DNA of 19,162 nt. Origin: Verrucomicrobiota bacterium. Lineage in GTDB: Bacteria; Verrucomicrobiota; Verrucomicrobiia; Limisphaerales; CANJXF01. The notes beneath the pieces were generated by a model, which ran no database searches, was not told the origin of the DNA, and saw only the letters and a program-made list of their open reading frames with translations. This document shows positions 16,490 through 19,162 of this stretch, piece by piece. Made by a program: the position numbers and the translations under genes. Where the stretch lies: positions 1-19,162 of the forward strand of contig JBBQRQ010000097.1 of assembly GCA_038214755.1 (NCBI GenBank). The letters run 5' to 3'. Within the stretch, counting starts at the first letter, position 1; every line of letters starts with the position of its first letter.

Positions 16490-16616
16490 AGATATTAGAT
16501 GGTGGGCTTTGCGGCCTATCTAGTTGCATGCGAGGAAGCTATTCCTAACGTAAATTTCTGTCCAGTATGGTTCCGACCAAGGCTGCAAAATTTTGACGCC
16601 GGCTTGATTGAGCGTT

Positions 16617-18059
16617 TTAATTTTTCACTGTTGCCGGCGACGCCGCTTTCCAACCTTTTCGCAACTGCTCGCTCAACTCAGCAACGAGCTTTTTGTTCTT
16701 CGGCAGATTTGCAATGTTCACATTTTCGTCGGGATCTTTCTTGTGATCGTAAAGCTCCATTCCTTCCAGTCTTTCTCCGGGCATAGCCCATTCGGTGTAG
16801 CGGTAACGATCGGTGCGCATGGAATGGCCCATCAATTTGCCGCGCGGATATTGACTGAACGCGGCTTGTTTCCACGGAAGTTTCGGGTTGGCGATGAGTG
16901 GCGCGAAACTTTTTCCTTCCAGTCCATCGGTGAGCGGCAAGCCCGCGAGTTCGCAAAGCGTCGGATAGACATCGACGAATTCCACGAGCGCATCGGTTTT
17001 CGCGCCGCGCTGTTTTTGTCCAGGAATGCTGATCATCAGCATTGAGCGCGTGGCGATTTCAAAATTGGTGTGCTTGCTCCAAAGTCCGTGCTCGCCGAGT
17101 TGCCAGCCGTGATCGCCCCACAAAATCACAATCGTGTTTTCGCGCAGGTCGAGTCGTTTTAATTCCGCAAGCAGGCGACCGATTTGCGCGTCGGTGTAAC
17201 TTGTCGCCGCGTAATAACCGCGAATCAAATCGCGAGCCATGTCGTCAGGAATGGGGCCGGTTTTTGGGATGCCGGAATAACTGCGCAGTTCTCCCCAATC
17301 CGTCAGCGCGATTGGGAAAACATCTTTCGGCGGAGATGGATTTTTCGCGAGGCGCATTTCGTCGGCGCGATAAAGATCATAATATTTTTGCGGAGCGATG
17401 AAGGGCAAATGCGGTTTGTGAAAACCGACGGCGAGGAAAAAAGGTTTGTCTTTCACATCGCCCAAAACTTTCAGCGCCGCGTCGGCAACCTGGCCGTCGG
17501 GAAGTTCGTTGTCTGCCACAGTGCGCGACTCCCACGCCGGGCCGCGCCCCGAATTTTTTTCATCCGACTTTTTGGCCGCCGCTTTTTTCGGCTTTGGATT
17601 CTTGCTGCTCCCATCACCGCCGGAGCCGAAGGACGGCGCGCTCCACGATTTCGGATCGTCGAGGCCGATGTGATAAATTTTTCCAAACGACTGGCAAAAA
17701 TAGCCGTTGTTTTTGAAATGCTGCGGCAACGTGACCACGTCGGGAATCGTTTGCCGAAAGTGATCCTGCAGATTGTAGATTTTCGTCGTGTCGGGGCGGC
17801 GTCCGGTGAGCAAGGAAGTGCGCGACGGAGAGCAAACCGCTTGCTGGCAATACGCGCGGTTAAAAAGCAAACCGCTTTTGGCGAGCGCATCGATGTTGGG
17901 CGATTTAATTGTGGGCACGCCGTAGCAGCCGAGTTCCGGCCGCAAATCATCGACGGCGATAAAGAGCACGTTTAATTTTTTCTCGGCAGCGCGGATCGGC
18001 GCCGAGGAAAAAATAAACGAGGACCAGAGCAACAAGGTGACAACGCTAAATATTTTCAT
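16617..18059 (-). CDS. Exported Cys-type sulfatase (iduronate-2-sulfatase-like)
   Basis: Signal peptide; NVLFIAVDDLRP, CSPSRTSLLTGR, GKIYH, GFHKPHLPF and GDHGW motifs. Confidence 0.96.
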   Translation of the reverse strand: MKIFSVVTLLLWSSFIFSSAPIRAAEKKLNVLFIAVDDLRPELGCYGVPTIKSPNIDALAKSGLLFNRAYCQQAVCSPSRTSLLTGRRPDTTKIYNLQDHFRQTIPDVVTLPQHFKNNGYFCQSFGKIYHIGLDDPKSWSAPSFGSGGDGSSKNPKPKKAAAKKSDEKNSGRGPAWESRTVADNELPDGQVADAALKVLGDVKDKPFFLAVGFHKPHLPFIAPQKYYDLYRADEMRLAKNPSPPKDVFPIALTDWGELRSYSGIPKTGPIPDDMARDLIRGYYAATSYTDAQIGRLLAELKRLDLRENTIVILWGDHGWQLGEHGLWSKHTNFEIATRSMLMISIPGQKQRGAKTDALVEFVDVYPTLCELAGLPLTDGLEGKSFAPLIANPKLPWKQAAFSQYPRGKLMGHSMRTDRYRYTEWAMPGERLEGMELYDHKKDPDENVNIANLPKNKKLVAELSEQLRKGWKAASPATVKN

Positions 18060-18154
18060 GGGTTTCTGTCTGACTCAAAACTAACGAACAACCACACGCA
18101 AGAATTTTGCATTGGCCCGGCCCAGTCCCTCAGCCTGGCGGAGGAATTTTATTT

Positions 18155-18988
18155 TCAAATCGAGAGCTGTTGATAAATCCACAAAACACCCCGGGCGGCA
18201 AATTCCGAGACGAGGATGACCGCGACCATCGCGACCACGGGCGCAAAATCAATTTTTCCAAAGCGCAGCGGAATCCCTGAAAAAAGTCGGAGAATGCTCC
18301 GCGCCATCTGATCGATGAATTTCCAGAACGACCCCGGCCCGAAATAAATGTAGCTGTTGAGCAGATGAAGCAGGAGCAGAGCGACGATCAAATATTTCCA
18401 AACCAAATAAATGCCGAGACCGATGATGGCGCCTTGCTCCACGACGCGGGTAAAAGCTTTTGGAGCGGGTAAAATTCCGAGCGCGACGAGCGGTTTGTTT
18501 AAAAGGCACCAGAGCAAAACAAAGGTGAGCCACGGCAAAAACAGTTTTAACAGGGCTGGTAGCGCATCGATTTTGCCGAGTTGAGCGCGAACCAAATTTT
18601 GCCACGGATCGGCCTCCCGTTTTTGTCCGCCGAGAACGGAAAAGAAAATCAAACAAAAATAAAACAGCCCGAGCGCCGTCGCGAAACTGAAAAAAGAAAA
18701 GAGCGCGGCGCGTCCAAAATAATCGCTGCGAAAAGGGAGAGCGATGACGCCAAACCAGATTTTCGGAGTCCAGCGCAACGCGGAGCCGAGTCGCCAATAG
18801 AGCAGGGAGCGAATGACGAGCAGCGCCAGCAGCGCCAGCAAAAACCAGCCGCGCGAAAGAGGCGCCGCCGGTTTTTTCAAAGTCGCGATCAGGGAGATTC
18901 CGCGCCTGGGCAAGTCGTGACCTTTGTCGATCCATTTCAGCCAGAGGAGAAGGGCGGCGAGGTTGAGAATGGAATCGAACCAAGACAT
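18155..18988 (-). CDS. YggT-like integral membrane protein
   Basis: Multiple hydrophobic segments; C-terminal IPLRFGKIDFAPVVAM resembles the YggT signature. Confidence 0.6.
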   Translation of the reverse strand: MSWFDSILNLAALLLWLKWIDKGHDLPRRGISLIATLKKPAAPLSRGWFLLALLALLVIRSLLYWRLGSALRWTPKIWFGVIALPFRSDYFGRAALFSFFSFATALGLFYFCLIFFSVLGGQKREADPWQNLVRAQLGKIDALPALLKLFLPWLTFVLLWCLLNKPLVALGILPAPKAFTRVVEQGAIIGLGIYLVWKYLIVALLLLHLLNSYIYFGPGSFWKFIDQMARSILRLFSGIPLRFGKIDFAPVVAMVAVILVSEFAARGVLWIYQQLSI

Positions 18989-18997
18989 TCTTGCGCG

Positions 18998-19025
18998 ATG
19001 CTAGAAAAAATTTGATGGGCGGCAA
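18998..19025 (-). promoter_or_regulatory. Putative promoter of the YggT-like gene
   Basis: TTGCCG-16 nt-TAGCAT, 9 nt before the ATG. Confidence 0.45.
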
Positions 19026-19033
19026 TCCCGAAT

Positions 19034-19101
19034 GTGCTGCCGACATTTGTCGGCAGAGCGTGTGTGCCGCCTCTTCTCTGCCGACAGAATGTCGGCAGCA
19101 C
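19034..19101. repeat. Palindromic REP-like doublet, family D
   Basis: gtgctgccgacatttgtcggcagag (19034-19058) and ctctgccgacagaatgtcggcagcac (19076-19101) are inverted copies with one indel; each arm is a hairpin. Confidence 0.88.
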
Positions 19102-19112
19102 TTTGGAAATGT

Positions 19113-19162
19113 TGTAGCGGCGCGTCTGTGACCGCCGCATATTTTTTCGTATTTTTCAGCGG
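19113..19162. repeat. GTAG-type REP, family A; probably a doublet cut by the window edge
   Basis: 19113-19138 is identical to 4526-4551; an AT-rich spacer follows, then gcgg, the expected start of the inverted arm. Confidence 0.85.

Noticed and set aside
4526..19138. Palindromic 26-36 nt repeats as CRISPR repeats
   Set aside because: They are inverted pairs or dispersed singles, not direct repeats with unique spacers, and no cas genes are present

Overview
Bacterial chromosomal window; gene order and protein features suggest the PVC superphylum, probably Verrucomicrobia (inference). Bases 1-5.6 kb carry a fused str/S10 cluster (rpsL-rpsG-fusA-rpsJ-rplC-rplD-rplW). It has no tufA and stops after rplW at a REP element and a strong terminator, with no rplB onward. 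Next on the + strand come a cytochrome P450, an MFS transporter and an enolase-superfamily enzyme. The rest is on the - strand: a DUF5678-like/retropepsin-protease pair, a topoisomerase IV A-like gene without its B subunit, a small ORF/nucleotidyltransferase pair, two paralogous exported sulfatases and a YggT-like membrane protein. Between the sulfatases lie two toxin-less antitoxin-like genes and a YcxB gene with integron-cassette-like ends. Intergenic DNA holds at least four palindromic REP/MITE-like families, and several genes have promoters placed for leaderless transcripts. All family assignments come from motif recognition, not database searches.
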